Translations under genes and position numbers: made by a program
The notes under the pieces: model-generated
What the model was told of the DNA's origin: nothing
Databases searched by the model: none
What the model saw: the letters and a program-made list of their open reading frames with translations, nothing else
Assembly (NCBI RefSeq): GCF_030028105.1
Contig: NW_027276868.1
Span: 186,001-250,000, forward strand
Reading direction: 5' to 3'
DNA: 64,000 nt
Source: Mobula birostris
Taxonomy: Eukaryota
Part shown: piece after piece, positions 26,106 through 39,225 of the stretch
Position numbering within the stretch: position 1 is the first letter of the stretch
Layout of the letters: each line of letters begins with the position of its first letter

Positions 26106-28271
26106 AATGGCATCCTTCTGTGCACTCACAGGCAGGTCAATAAGACTTACGATGCAAGAAAGTGACATGGTGCAGAGTAACAGGAGAGGTGAGACTGATG
26201 AGAGTTGGAGAGTGTGCTGAGAAATGAGCAGGTTTTGAGAAAGCCGAAGATGTTAGGAGAGGCAGTATGAAAGAGAGAAAGAAACCCCACAGCTGTGTGC
26301 TGGGAGAAACGTAATGAGAAGCTATGGTGGAGTTTTTATTTGCACACATTTGCATCGAGCAGAAGTTTGGCTGCTTCAGCGTGCATTAGACGACGTTGTC
26401 TCTTGATCCAACACATGTGCAAAATCACCTCAGATGCTACCTATAAAACAGCTCATAAATAGAAGCACCATCATGGAAGGATAATTAAATAATGTGTTGA
26501 AAATTCTGGCGTTTCGCAATTGCAGTTAGTTTCTAGTTATGGAACTGGCATTTGGACCTCTCACTGCCTCTGAGCAGTTGCGTTCAGTTCTGCAGGTCAA
26601 TGGCATTTTCTCAACATCTTGTACACATCTCAGGTTTGCCACGTAAGCATCTCTTTACTTGAAGTATTAGTGCCGTCCTGAGGGAGGACAAAATGGATGG
26701 GACTGACATAAAGACATTTTTTTTCTTTTGGATTGAATCTAATCGGCTGTTGCTGTTTTTTTTATTGGTACAGGCTGTTGGGGATATTGTATGAAGAACT
26801 TTTGGAAAGAAAAGAGACATTATCATGCATTTGCAGTTTAGGTTGCATACATCTGGATTGAACAAAGTTTGTCTGCTTGAGGATAAATCCAGTGTATGCA
26901 TTGAAGGATAGCTGTGTCTTGACATGCTAGAGCCAGACAATTGCTTCAATAAAGTATAGTGCCAGATCCTACCTGTGAACTAACTCATAAAAGGAACAAA
27001 CGTGATAGTCAATCTTTAACTGATGCTTTGGGGAACGGTTTTCAGAATCAGCATTATTATCACCCGCATGTGACGTGAAATTTGTTAACTTAGCAGAATT
27101 ACGTAAAAAGTTAACAATTTTCTAATTCCTAACGTAATGGTGGCTAATGAATACCATTTTAATCAAGTTGAGTTTTTATAAGATGCGTCTTTTCATCTGG
27201 CCCAGTTAGTCACAAAGGGATCAGAAACTGATCTCATCTTTCAGGTATGAGTGGAATGGAGAGACCGAGGGAGTTGAAACTCTCTATCAATCATGAAATA
27301 TGCTATTGTGTTCACCGTCTGGGTAAATAAATCCATGGCCTTTTGTTTCTGTGGTCGGGGGCACAGACAAATTCCGGGATTATCCACTGCCCTGCCCACA
27401 TGGCACTGTGCTTGTGTTTGGAAAAGATGCAGCTGGGAGTTTGTGAAAGTCATTTCATCAAAGGCTGCAGCTCAGGACAACTAGCTCAACACTGCTGGAC
27501 GAACTTGAATATCTGATTTAGTTTCAAATGTACTTTTGTCTCCCGTTGAATACATTGAAATAAGCTGTACCCCCAATACTGTCTGATTGTCTCCACCTCC
27601 CTAATGCCTCCCCCCCCCACCACACCCCATCTGTCCTTTCTGATCTGAAACAGCATTGCTTCTTGTAACTAGAGTACAGTGCTGAGTTGGCTTGGAGCTG
27701 GGTGCTAGAGCTCAGAGTGCTGTCCCTAGGGCTGTGGTCACAAATGCCCCGAGAGCACAGTGCTTCAGGGTGTCCAATCCTGCTACTGGGCAAGTGAAGG
27801 AGTTACAGATTCTCATTTCATGCCCTGTGCCTTGGGAGGCATCTTGTTTCCAACGTGAAACTGCTTCATTTACTTCCATCTGAATTGTAAATCCTGTTAT
27901 GGAGACAGTGATGGGCAGACACAGCTCCCCAGCCGAGGTCCTCATCCTCCCTATTGTAAGTTGCTGATATCAATTGCTCAGATGATTGTGCCCTGGTGCT
28001 AGCTGTTGATGAAACTGCAACCTTTGCTTCTCTTCTGCAGTGCACAGTATTGCTTCAGATTTGATGGCTGTTTATGATTGGCTGGTTCTTTAAAATGCAG
28101 TTTTTGCATATGAATCTTGTGGTGCATCTATTAATCACCAAACCTTTAGCCTATTAACCACTTGGGTGACTGCTTAATTTCAATTCAATGTGTTTTTTTT
28201 TCCTCAGTAGTTAAAGATTTAAACCAACATTGTGATTGAGTGTATTGTTAACTTCGCTGTTTGTGTTTTAG

Positions 28272-28334
28272 GGTGAGCCTGGCTTTTGGGGTCCTCAGGG
28301 AGAACCTGGGTTGCCGGGGTTACCAGGAACAAAG
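28272..28334 (+). CDS. COL25A1: COL25A1 exon, GEPGFWGPQGEPGLPGLPGTK (63 nt)
   Basis: ttttag|GGT...AAG|gtgagg; human GEPGFIGPQGEPGLPGLPGTK. Confidence 0.95.
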
Positions 28335-29050
28335 GTGAGGTCAGCAGACTGTGCTCAAAAGCCTACAGTATTGAGGTCACACATCTTGTGTATATTGAGG
28401 GGACATGAACCAAGCTATACATAATGTAATACACACCTTATATATAATATAATCTCACCGCAACGGCGCAGTAGCATAGCGGTTAGCCCAACGCTTTACA
28501 GTACAGGCAACCCAGATTCAATTCCCGCCACTGCCTGTGAGGATTTCTCCCTGTGACCACGTGGGTTTCCTCTGCATGCTCCAGAGGCGTACCGGTTAGT
28601 AGGTTAACTGTTCATTGTAAATTGTCCTGGTGTTAAATCTGGGCATTGGGTCAGATTCAGAGATTCAGAGGGTCAGAAGGGCCGATTCCATGCTGTATCT
28701 CAATAAATTTAACAAAAGAAGGGGATGAGGGGAAAAGCAAGAAAAGATATGCATTTCAGTTTTAAATATAATTGTACACAATATAAATTGATCTGAAGAA
28801 GCAGCTACTTTTATACTTAAATATTAACCGTCAGTTATGCCCTCTATGCCTGAAAATGCCTCAAAACTCCGCCCAATGCGCACAAGTAAAATCCTTTCTG
28901 TGAATTTACCATCAGATAATTCGAAGTCTCTATATCTCACTCTGCACGGACTGGAAGACCAGTGAAACCTGGATTAGGTGAAGGAATTTGCAGTCTCACT
29001 GTTGCAGGAAATCAGGATCTATTGATCTGTGACTCTGCTTGTTTAAACAG

Positions 29051-29119
29051 GGAGAGAAAGGAGATGGAGGGCCACCTGGAAGAGGGGAAATCGGCCTACC
29101 CGGAGCTTCAGGGCCCAAG
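29051..29119 (+). CDS. COL25A1: COL25A1 exon, GEKGDGGPPGRGEIGLPGASGPK (69 nt)
   Basis: aaacag|GGA...AAG|gtcagt; keeps the G-R-G helix interruption of human GERGEAGPPGRGERGEPGAPGPK. Confidence 0.93.
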
Positions 29120-30900
29120 GTCAGTTGACTTTTCTAACTAGAAGCCATTCACACTGGTTTACAATTCTCAAATTCATTTGTCCCACTTCACTTTTTTCTC
29201 TGGGCTCCAATGTTAGTTTTGCACAAGGAATGTGCAGCTGCTTTCTGTCCAGTGTGGAGCAAGGTCCACCAGGTCTTCGTCCTCTGCACTGCTCTCAGGC
29301 TTGAGCTGACATTGGCCTTGGTGATTCTGTTTCTGGAGCTTGGCAGTGCTGATGTCCAGACAGAGCAACTTGCTCTTGATTGAATTTTCTGGTCTACATG
29401 GTTTCCTGTGCAAATTTCCCTGCAGCACTTTAGAATGGGCAGGTCACCTGGTCCACATGCCTGCAAGGAGTGGTGATTCCAATTTAAGGGAGCTGGTCAT
29501 TCACCACTAATTGTGCAACCCATTTAATGTGCCAATGGAGTGCCCAGAAAGTTGTAACCCATGGACAGGAACCTCTTGATGAGACCACTTACTTTGTGCG
29601 GTTTCATGTGTAGTCATTAAACAACGAAGTCGAAATTGGCAATAGATTTTATTAATTGGTCAGCATACACAGGACCATCAGCAATGAGAAGTGATCTCCT
29701 CACCTGGGTGGTCGTTTCCACGTTTTGGACCACTGGAGTGTCACCATAGTCCTCGTTCTTGTACATTATCACCCGAGCAGCTGCCCCCACTGAAACATAA
29801 AGAAGCAGGTAACTAGCTCATTAACAAGGCAGTTGGACTGAGGCGGTACTTCAAACTCCTAAAGCAGAAATAACTTGGGTTGCAAGACCTTTGGACATAC
29901 AACCACCAGGAGCGGAGTGAAAAAGAGGGATTTAGGTGGTGCAGAGACCATCGTCGCCTGGGCTTCGCCGATCCCAGCAGTGCCAGCTGTACCTCACTCC
30001 AGCTATGGTAGCGGGCTGAGAATGAAGTCGTTGACGGTACGTCACTGTAATGCAAAGTGTCGGATGGGAGAGAGGCAGTGGGAAGCAAAGCGGTTGGCGT
30101 TCCTCACCGTTACTCCAACCACCTCCCCCCCCACACACTTCTTTGTAACCCTGGAACGAGGGGTAGGTTGTCCTTCACTTGAACCTTGGATTGGTTGAAA
30201 CCATCGCTACCTCACTGTAACACTGGGTGTGAGATGGGACTGCCAGTTCCTCTCTGTAACTCCAGGGTGGGGGGCGGGGGAATCTGTCTGTAACTCAGTG
30301 CAACTCCAAGGTGAGTTGTTGACCATTCATTCCCTGCTTTATCCCCATGGAGAAATTCAGTCTATTGGCCACACTAAAGTGGGAGCATTGCTGTAACCCC
30401 AGGGTTAGCATTAGACCGCTCTCTCCAGAAAATCTGTACTGCTCCGTGACGCTGGGATGGATTTAGTCCGTATGTTTCCCGCTGTAATCCCCGTGAGACA
30501 GGAACCTGCTATATCTTACTGTAACCTCTGCAAGACTTACAAGATATTAAAAGTCAATTATTGGGTTTATACTTTACAAACCATTGATCATAGAATGAAA
30601 AGGGAAAAATTCCAGCTATTTACAATTCTTCTCCAATATTAGCAAGTTCTCTGCCAAAAACATCAACTAAATGAATACCATTCCTCCACACAGAAATCAA
30701 AATGAGACAGATCAAAATGAAATCTTCCCATTTTAATCTGTAGAATGCATCTGCGAAAATTGTGAATGCCATGTACAGATTACACATATTAAGGTACTAT
30801 TAGCCAAGGTTATTAGCTGTCTTTGTTCAGAATCTGCTTTACTGGTCTCTCCTAATCTTCCCCTCCTGTTCCTGTTTTTCTCTGCCGTCGCGTGGAAAAG

Positions 30901-30945
30901 GGTGAGCCAGGTGACCTAGGGATGCCGGGACGGCATGGAGCAAAG
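30901..30945 (+). CDS. COL25A1: COL25A1 exon, GEPGDLGMPGRHGAK (45 nt)
   Basis: Long pyrimidine tract, gaaaag|GGT...AAG|gtcagt; five perfect Gly-X-Y triplets; positional match to human GKQGESGTRGPKGSK. Confidence 0.85.
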
Positions 30946-32364
30946 GTCAGTCTTTTGCTACTGATTGTGTGTCTGTTTACTGTAGCCATTCGGAGTAAGA
31001 TCAAAAACTTAGCAGGAATTGTCCTGGGTGGTCACAGTTAAAAAGAGGCCAGGATTACTCAGAACAAGGATCTGCACTTTCAAGACCTGCTTTGACAGCA
31101 GCAGGAAGCCTGAGTCTGCCAAAGCCACTCAACTCTGACACCACAAGTACCGTGTCAATCATTAACCCTTTCATTTAGTCTGGGTGGGGTGGTGGCACAG
31201 TTATTGGGCCTGCTACCTCCCAGCTCCAGCGACCCAGGGTCAGTCCTGGCTTCCAGGGAAGTCTGGTTGGAGTTTGCACATTCTCCCTGTGGGATTCCTC
31301 CAGGTGTTATTTGTGGATTGGTGGGTTAATTTTCTGCTGTGAGCTCCCCTAGTCTGCAAGTGAGTGGTAGTATCGGGGGAGGGGGCGGAGTGATGAGGAC
31401 AACACAGTGGGTTAGAGGGGGGTGTACCTGATGACCATAAGGCCAGACTGAAAGGCCTATGACTCCACAGCAGTCCTTTGCCAAGTATGTAGGGATGCAT
31501 GTTGAGTGACGGGTATTGAGCGTTGCAATCTCAGGCCTCCTTAGCAGGCCACTGAGATGGATGTTCACTGCCTGGCACCGTGGCCTTGCTGAAGAACGGT
31601 TTAATAAGCAGGAGGCAGCCCTCAGAGCCGAGTAGCAACCTGCAGAATCACTTCAGTATCTTTCTGCCATACACTTCATTAAGATTATAATGACAACACT
31701 GAAGCATTCCAGCTCTCCTGTTTGGGTAAATTTAAGCTTAAGTTCCCATGGGTACTGTGTTTCCTAAGCCATGGCCAACATTTTAAACCATTAAATTAAA
31801 GAGGCAGGTGTACCCTGGTCAGTGATTAGTCTCACACCTGTTGGACGTGACATCAGAAGTTCCAGGCAGTCTAGACTGACAGCTCCAGAGAAAATATTAA
31901 GAACTAATTTAATCCACGAAAGTATCGTAAGGAAAACATCAGATTCCATGTCCTGATTATCGGAAGCTGCAAAGAACTCGAGGAAGGCCAGTACTCTCAC
32001 AGCTCATCACTGTAGCTCCCCCGCTGAAGCGCTTTGAGAAGTGAGGATATGTGCTGTGGAAAGGTGCTTTCGCAATGAAATCGATCCCCAAGTAAGGAAG
32101 GTTAATAAGCTCCTTAACTCTCAGCAAGAACCTATATTTTAAATTTATCGCCCCATTTTACTAAGCGTTTCAGCTCTCCACATTCTGGAAGGAACCACCT
32201 AGTTGAAGTTGCTAGGCTGACGTGTTTACTGGTCTTAGAGAAAGGCATGTAAAGCAGTGGCCACTGTAGGTCAGCTGGACTGATGTGAAAGATTATCATC
32301 TATAAACCAGAGAGTCCTAGCCTCTGCAACGTTCCCTAGGTTAGACTGTAGGAAGAGAGATTAG

Positions 32365-32672
32365 GCACCACAGTTAGCGTGACACTATTACAGCTAGGGG
32401 CGTTCCGGAGTTCAGGGGTCAATTCCGGTGCCGTTCTATAAGGAGTCTCTGTACGTCCTCCCCATGGAACGTGTGGGTTTTCCCCAGGTGCCCCGGTTTC
32501 CTCCCCCGGTCCAAAGACGTACCGGGGAGGTTAATTGTTCACTGGAAACTGTCCCGTGATAGGTTAGGGTTCATTGGGTTTACCTGGGGGTTGCTGGGTC
32601 AGTGTGGCTCAAAGGGTCAGAAGGGCCCACTCTGCACTGAATCACTAAATAAAATAAATTTTAAAAATAAAT
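32365..32672 (+). mobile_element. V-SINE (HE1-like)
   Basis: gtgggttttccccaggtgccccggtttcctcccccggtccaaagacg V-domain; A-rich tail. Confidence 0.75.
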
Positions 32673-34020
32673 AAGAATTATAGCAGAGCCTTCCTCCAGC
32701 CATCTGAGAGGTGAAGTCTTGTCAACAGATTCATGTTGGAATAGTGGGGAAGAAAACATTAAAACCATACACAACTCCAAGTATAATACTGATTTTTAAA
32801 CCTATCGATGATATTAGCATAGATGTTTTAATTAGAGATTGGAACTGGAACTAGAGCTCCGGCTACAGAAATCCCCCTTTCTTCATTACTGCTGAGATCA
32901 GCAGAACTACTCAAAGAATCTTAAAAACTGCAACATAGAATGAGGCCATTCAGCCCGTCTGCCTTTGCTGGCTCTTTGAAGACTCCATTAGGACAATGTT
33001 GGGAGAAACAGCAGAGTCTAGGGCAAAGGTGATCAGTAGTGTGAGAATACCAGATTATCTAACCCATTGTGACCACTGTCTCTGATTCCTTTAACAATCC
33101 CAGGATGCATTTCATCTGATGTCGGTGACCTTTCAACTTTCACACAGGGTTCATTGGTTTAGTACACCTTCAGAATTCATTACCACCCTGTCCATAACTT
33201 CCCGCTTTAATGTATCTAAACATATCATTCCTTCTTAAAATAGGCAAAATCCTCCACCACCAAAGACTTCCCACAGGATATCTCCAGCCTTTTCCATAGT
33301 TAACATCTTGCACTTTATGCTCTGAAGTTTCTGCTGAATTGAGTTGGTTATTGGATTGTAATTCCTCCAAATTTAGTATAATCTTCAGAAAGGATTACAG
33401 AGTTTTCAGCTCTAGTTGCAAATGCGTCACCGTAGATAAATGAATCACCAGAGGGAATTACTGTTCATTGCATTCAACGGCACACAAAATTGTGACTAGC
33501 ACTTTGTATCAAAGACAATAATATCCATCAAAAACATTTTGAATAATTATTTTAATTTACTACAAAACCAACTACAGTATTCCAGGATGGCCAAGAAAGA
33601 GCTTTGTATATTTTTTGTGATTCATCTCCAACTCTTTAAGATTGGGTTACTCACTTGAGGAAGATTGCCTGTGATTAAAAATGCTCATCATTTAATGAAA
33701 AATCTATTTTTAGCTACATAAATTAAACTGTTACTTTTAAATATATTAGGGAGCGTGATTCTCTTTTTCTCTGCTCTCTAAAGTTAAATGTACTTTTTAA
33801 GTGGATGTTAAAGTGGAATTGAGAGGATGTTTCCAATATTGGAGGAGTCTAGGGCCAGAGGGCACACCCCAGAATACTGGGACATCCCTTTAGGTCAGAG
33901 GTCAGAGATGAGGAGGGATTTCTACAGCCAGAGGGCGGCGAATCTGTGAAATTCAGCACCACAGACAGCTGTGGAGGACAGGTCACTGGGTGTATTTAAA
34001 CTTTAGCAAAGGCTGATAGG

Positions 34021-36168
34021 AGTTATGTTTTGTAACTCTAAAAAGTAAAAACACAGAGAGCACAGAATGTGAGTCGAGCTTTGTTTTGACTTAAGCGATG
34101 CGCATACATATGACATAGCATCATGACGTATGCAAGTTCACTTGTTTTTAACATATAACCCGTAATGAATTATTAAAATGAACAAGAATGCTTAAACAAG
34201 CAATATATTTACAATATTATCAATTACTACTGAAATATTAAATAATCAACACTGCTCCCTGCTTAGCTATGAACTCCAACTCAATAGAGAATGCATCTCA
34301 ATTATATACACACTATACTATATAATACAACTTCTATACAGACATCCATACCCTAGTATATTTTAAATTGTCCCATTCAGGCCAAGAGATTTAATCGCTC
34401 TGAAGGCATTCATATTCTTGTGGGATAATGTCTTTCCTGACAAGGAGGAGGGTCACTCTGCCTGGCAGGGGAGGCTTGTGGCTGTGTATCAATCTCAGGT
34501 CCTGGGGCCTCCTCCGCAGTGGTTGTAGGAGTTGACTCTGGGACTGCGGGAAGTGGTTCCAACAACTCTGGACATCTTTCTTCTGGATGTGCTGGGGATC
34601 CGAACAGTGCGTGGCCAGGTTCACTGGATGATGTGGATCGTAATGTGTGAGTACAAGGATGTAATGTTAAGAGTTTATAAAGCACTGATGAGACCTCACC
34701 TGGAGTATTGTGAGCAGGTTTGGGCCCCTTATCTTAGAAGAGATGTGCTGAAACTGGAGAGGGTTCAAAGGAGATTCACCAAAATGATTCCAGGATTGAG
34801 TGGATCATCATATGAGGAACGTTTGATGGCTCTGGGCCTGTATTCACTGGAATTCAGAAGAATGAGGGGTGACCTCATTGAAACTTAACAAATGTTGACA
34901 GGCCTAGATGGAGTGGGTGTGGAGAGGATGTTTCCTGTGTTGGGAGAGTCTAAGACCAGAGGATACAGCCTCAGAATAGAGGGGCACCCTTTTAGAATGG
35001 AGATGAAGAGGAATTTCTTTAGCCAGAGCGTGGTGAATCTGTGGAATTCTTTGTCACAGGCCGCTGAAATAAAGACTTAATGTATATTTAAGGCAGAGGT
35101 TGATGGACTCTTGTTTGCTCAGGTCATGAGGGGATAAGGGGAGAAGGCAGGAGATTGGGGCTGAGAGAAAAATTGGATCAGCCAACTTTCAACCTTTTGG
35201 AAAGCCAACTCACACTGCATTGCCCATTGTCATTTCTTCCCGATCTATAGTAATGAGTTCAAGGGGTGGAGCACAGTAGCCAGGTTTGTCAGGAACCTGT
35301 TGTAGTAATTGACAAATCCTAAAAAGGACTACAACTGTGACACGTCTTTTAGCCTCAGGGAATCCACCACTGCTTGAATTTTCTCAGCACACTTGTGTAT
35401 ACTTCTGTGTCAATGGTGTGACCACAATAAGTGATGCTTGGTTTAGAGAATTCACACTTGTTGTGTCATGCTCTGAGCCCGTAGTCTTCCATTCTTTTTA
35501 ACACTGTCTGGAGATTTTGGAGGTATTCCTTGTCATCCTCACTGGTAACAATGATGTCATCCAGGTAGCACTGAGCACCTGGGCAGCCTTGAAGCACCTG
35601 GTCCACAGCTTTCTAACAGAGTGCAGGTGCAGATGCTACCCCAGAAATAATCCTATTATAGCAATAAGGACCTTTGTGATGTAGCCAAACATTTCTTTAT
35701 TTTATTTATGTTTATTATCACCCCGTACTCACTGTTTATGAACCTGTGAATTTGTTTGTTTTCTGCCTTTTTTTACTTGGCCATCTTGGTACCTTTCTGA
35801 CAAAACACACGCTGTGCTGGTTTTTTTAGTCAACCATTTATCACTGTTCTTTTATTTTAACTCAAATGCCTCGCTGCGCTTCAACAGGTAGGTAGTTGTC
35901 TCAGCTTCGTTTAAAACGTTTTTGTTGCCAAAGTTAAGATTTGTAACTCCAAAACATAAAAACTAATTGAAAGGGAAACATGAAGAGTCCAGGATGTGAG
36001 TCCAACTTTGTTTCTACTTTGTGAGGCACATACATGTCACGTGATAGCATCGTGACGTGGGCAACTCACGGGTTTTTACATACAACCTGGATTGAATTAT
36101 TTAAACAAACAAGAATGCTTAATCAAACAATACACTTGCAGTGTTACTCAAATATTAAATCCAAAACA
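34021..36168 (-). mobile_element. Internally deleted Gypsy LTR retrotransposon with both LTRs
   Basis: Similar LTRs at 34021-34251 and 35932-36168; TSD ATAGG at 34016-34020 and 36169-36173; PBS-like TGGCAAC ending at 35930; PPT at 34252-34264; RT YLDD at 35556-35567(-); integrase-tail-like ERHYPTRI. Confidence 0.88.
34645..35184 (+). mobile_element. CR1 3' fragment inside the Gypsy element
   Basis: ORFs 34532-34888 and 34892-35080 (LMRPHLEYC, RRFTKMIPG). Confidence 0.88.
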
Positions 36169-36207
36169 ATAGGTTCTTGATTAATAAGGGTATCAAAGGT
36201 TACGGGG

Positions 36208-36953
36208 TGTAATTGAAGCACCTTCAATAACTCCAAAAGACTGAGGTTTGGTAAAATACTGAAAGGCTTTTATTTGCTGTACAAGACGACCTTCACAGTG
36301 AGTGTCTGCCCCTGGACTGAGGGGGAGGGGCAAGGGGAAACACCTTTATACAGGATTCTGTGGGAGGAGCCACAGGGGCAGTCAGCAGAGGGGCGTATCC
36401 AGACAGTTAACCCAGTTACAACATATATATATGATTTACCACAGTAATGTGGATGATTAGTTTATTTGCCGGTCTTTCATTGGCCTGTTCGAGGGATACA
36501 GCAGTTCTTTCCCACTGGTTGCTTTGCATGTCAGGGCACCGGTGTCCGGTTCTGGGCATCTCAGGGGTATAATAATGGCATGTGAGAGAGACACACTCAT
36601 CTATCCTTTGTCTCTCGGGGCTCCCCTTCACAATGAGGTCATAACCAGTGCTGAAGAACCATTAAAAACATTATGCACAAATAGAGGGGAGCCCACATGC
36701 ACACTGTCTGTTGAGTGTTTGGTTTTGTAGTTGTGTAACTTAGGGAGACTTAATGAAGTACCTGTGGAAGTGTTTCTGAATGTTTAGTATTGTAGTTTTT
36801 GTAACTTAGGGAGGCTTAGATGAGTTCTTGTCTGATTGACATGTTTGGCCGAATATCTTACTGTTTGTCTGTAAAGAAATGGTTAATGTGCTTGCTTGTA
36901 ATCAGTGTCTTCTGTCTCACGTACCAAACTTGTGAATCTGCTTCCCCGTAACA
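36208..36953. mobile_element. Solo LTR (outer)
   Basis: TG...CA ends; flanks CGGGG (36203-36207) and TGGGG (36954-36958), consistent with a CpG-decayed TSD. Confidence 0.72.
36214..36443 (-). mobile_element. Solo LTR (inner)
   Basis: TG...CA ends; TSD GTAAT at 36209-36213 and 36444-36448; TATA-like and AATAAA motifs on the - strand. Confidence 0.78.
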
Positions 36954-39161
36954 TGGGGAGAAGGCAGGAGGATGGGGTTGAGAGGATTAATAAAGCAGCC
37001 TTGATGAAATGGCAGGGCAGACTCATTAATTCTGCTCCAAAGTCTTATGGTCATATGGGTCATATGGTCTGAAATCTGGTGGCTGATTGCAAATTTTGTT
37101 TGTGGAGGAATTAAAAGCACAAGAGCCTGGAATGCCTACAATGATTTACATTTTACAGAGTGCACAGACCCCTTCATTCCTGTGTTTTCCTAAGTCATTA
37201 ATAACTGAATCATGCTCTTGACAATTGTTAATAACCTCCCTTTTCTGATCTACTTTTTAAGATATTTTTTCTGTCATTTGAGACCGAGTAGCTTGGGCTG
37301 ATTTGCCATTTCCTTTCAGAGTGATGATCCCAGATCTTACCTTATCTATCACTCCGCTGCCTGTTTCCCACCGATCATTTCCTGCCTAACCCCTTTCGGC
37401 CCTGCCTTCAGTAAGCCCCTTTCTGAACTTCAGCTTCCTCTCAATGGAGTAGCCTGACCTTTCATTTATTCTTTGAATCTTTCCATATTTAGACTAAACT
37501 AATTAAAGTTTTCACCATTAGCTAGATGGAATACCATAACAAATTCCATCAGCCTGCTTTTTGTTCATGCAAACCCCCGTTCTGTTCAGAGACGTGGTGT
37601 AAAGCACGAGGGTGAGGTAACCCCAGAAGCACTCCAGGCAGCTGAGACTGACGAGGAGGGTGAGTGGGACTGTAACAGATTCGAAACAATGAGGGCCGAG
37701 CTTTTGATGAACTGGGGTTCCCAGAGGGTAAAGAAAGGAATGGTGACTGGAAGGATGGAATCATTGAGTCTGGAGCTAACCAACAGTATAGGTGAGGGTT
37801 TCGTCAGTAGAGGCGGACAGAGATGAATGATATATTAATATTCTGTAATTACTATATTCTGCATTACAATGCTACATTCTGCAACCTGACCTTTTTTCCT
37901 TTTTGCATTATCTCAATATAGTATGAGTTGAGTTCTCCAATCTTGGCAATTTGCTTGCAAAGGTTTTATCTCCATATATCATCAGTGCGCTGGTAATTGT
38001 CCACCCTCCGAGTGCTTGGCCTTTATATCCTTATCAATCAGCCGATTGGTCATCATTACGGAAACTCAGCTGTGATGCGGGGAGGAAATCTCGTCGCTGA
38101 TTGGTTGGGCGGCAAACTTCATGCGTTGCGCTCTGGAATTTTGCCTGCATTGGCTCATAAGTAGGATCGAAGTTGTCATGTCTGTTTACACATCGTATTT
38201 ATGGAATGATCTGTCTCGATGACCTGAAAATAAAAGCTTTCACTGTCTCTCAGTGCATGTGACAGTAATAAACCAGTTACCAAGGTTGAGTAGCAAAAAT
38301 AAGCATCTTTCCTAAAAGGGAGTTGGCAGGTTGAAAGCTCGGGTTGGGTCACATGGGATTCCAAAATCAGGAGCTGTCTTGTTCAGCCTGAGAAAGCAGG
38401 CCTGGAGAGAGATGGGATAATGGCAACATTAAAAAGCTGGTGACTAAAGATGATGACTTCTCTCTTACGAGGCTTAACAAGAAATAATTGCAGCTCATCC
38501 AAGACCTAGATTCTTGGCAATCCATCTGACGCAGAAGGTGGCATAAGGGGGCTGAAACACTGGAGGTGGTGGTCATTAGCTTCTGTTGATAATACCAAAG
38601 GTCAGAAAGAAGGATGGGGTTGGTGGGATTGAGGGGGTGGCAGATAGTGTGGATTCTCGTGGGGTAACATCTTGGGAACTGGGAGAGGTAGGTAATCTTA
38701 TAAAGGCTGAATATTCTGGGAACTGGCAGAGGTAGGTAATCTTATAGAAGCTGAGGAGAAAACCCTGTGAGACTTTACAAAGCTTACTGCAGGAACTTGG
38801 GAAGATGGCAACAGCAAACAGTGTGACCACGGGTGACATTGCTCAGGCGGTTCACAAATCTGGTCCTTTTTCTTTCAAATGTGGTTCTGCTGCTGTTGGA
38901 GCCTGTGATCTGCATTTTGGCGGTGCGTATTTGAGCCGATTGAGTGATCTGGAGCATTGCTGTCTCCGAGAGGGTTCCATGAGGTTTCAGGGAAAGTGTG
39001 TGACATGGAGACCAAGAGGCCTGGAGACGGGGCACAAGCCCTTGATCGACTCCATTTCTCACCGTTCATACTGATTAATACATCGAGGAGGGTTGAAGTC
39101 ATCGAGGGACCAGAGTGGAAGGCGAGAGAATGTTCAGTGCCAGCTACCTGTGGGTGACCAG

Positions 39162-39162
<1 letters not shown>

Positions 39163-39223
<61 letters not shown>
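39163..39223. repeat. (CT)n microsatellite
   Basis: Directly visible. Confidence 0.97.

Positions 39224-39225
<2 letters not shown>

Larger units (their letters stand above)
33808..37065 (+). mobile_element. CR1 3' fragment hosting nested LTR elements
   Basis: CR1 sequence is continuous across 33808-34020, 36174-36207 and 36959-37065. Confidence 0.8.
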
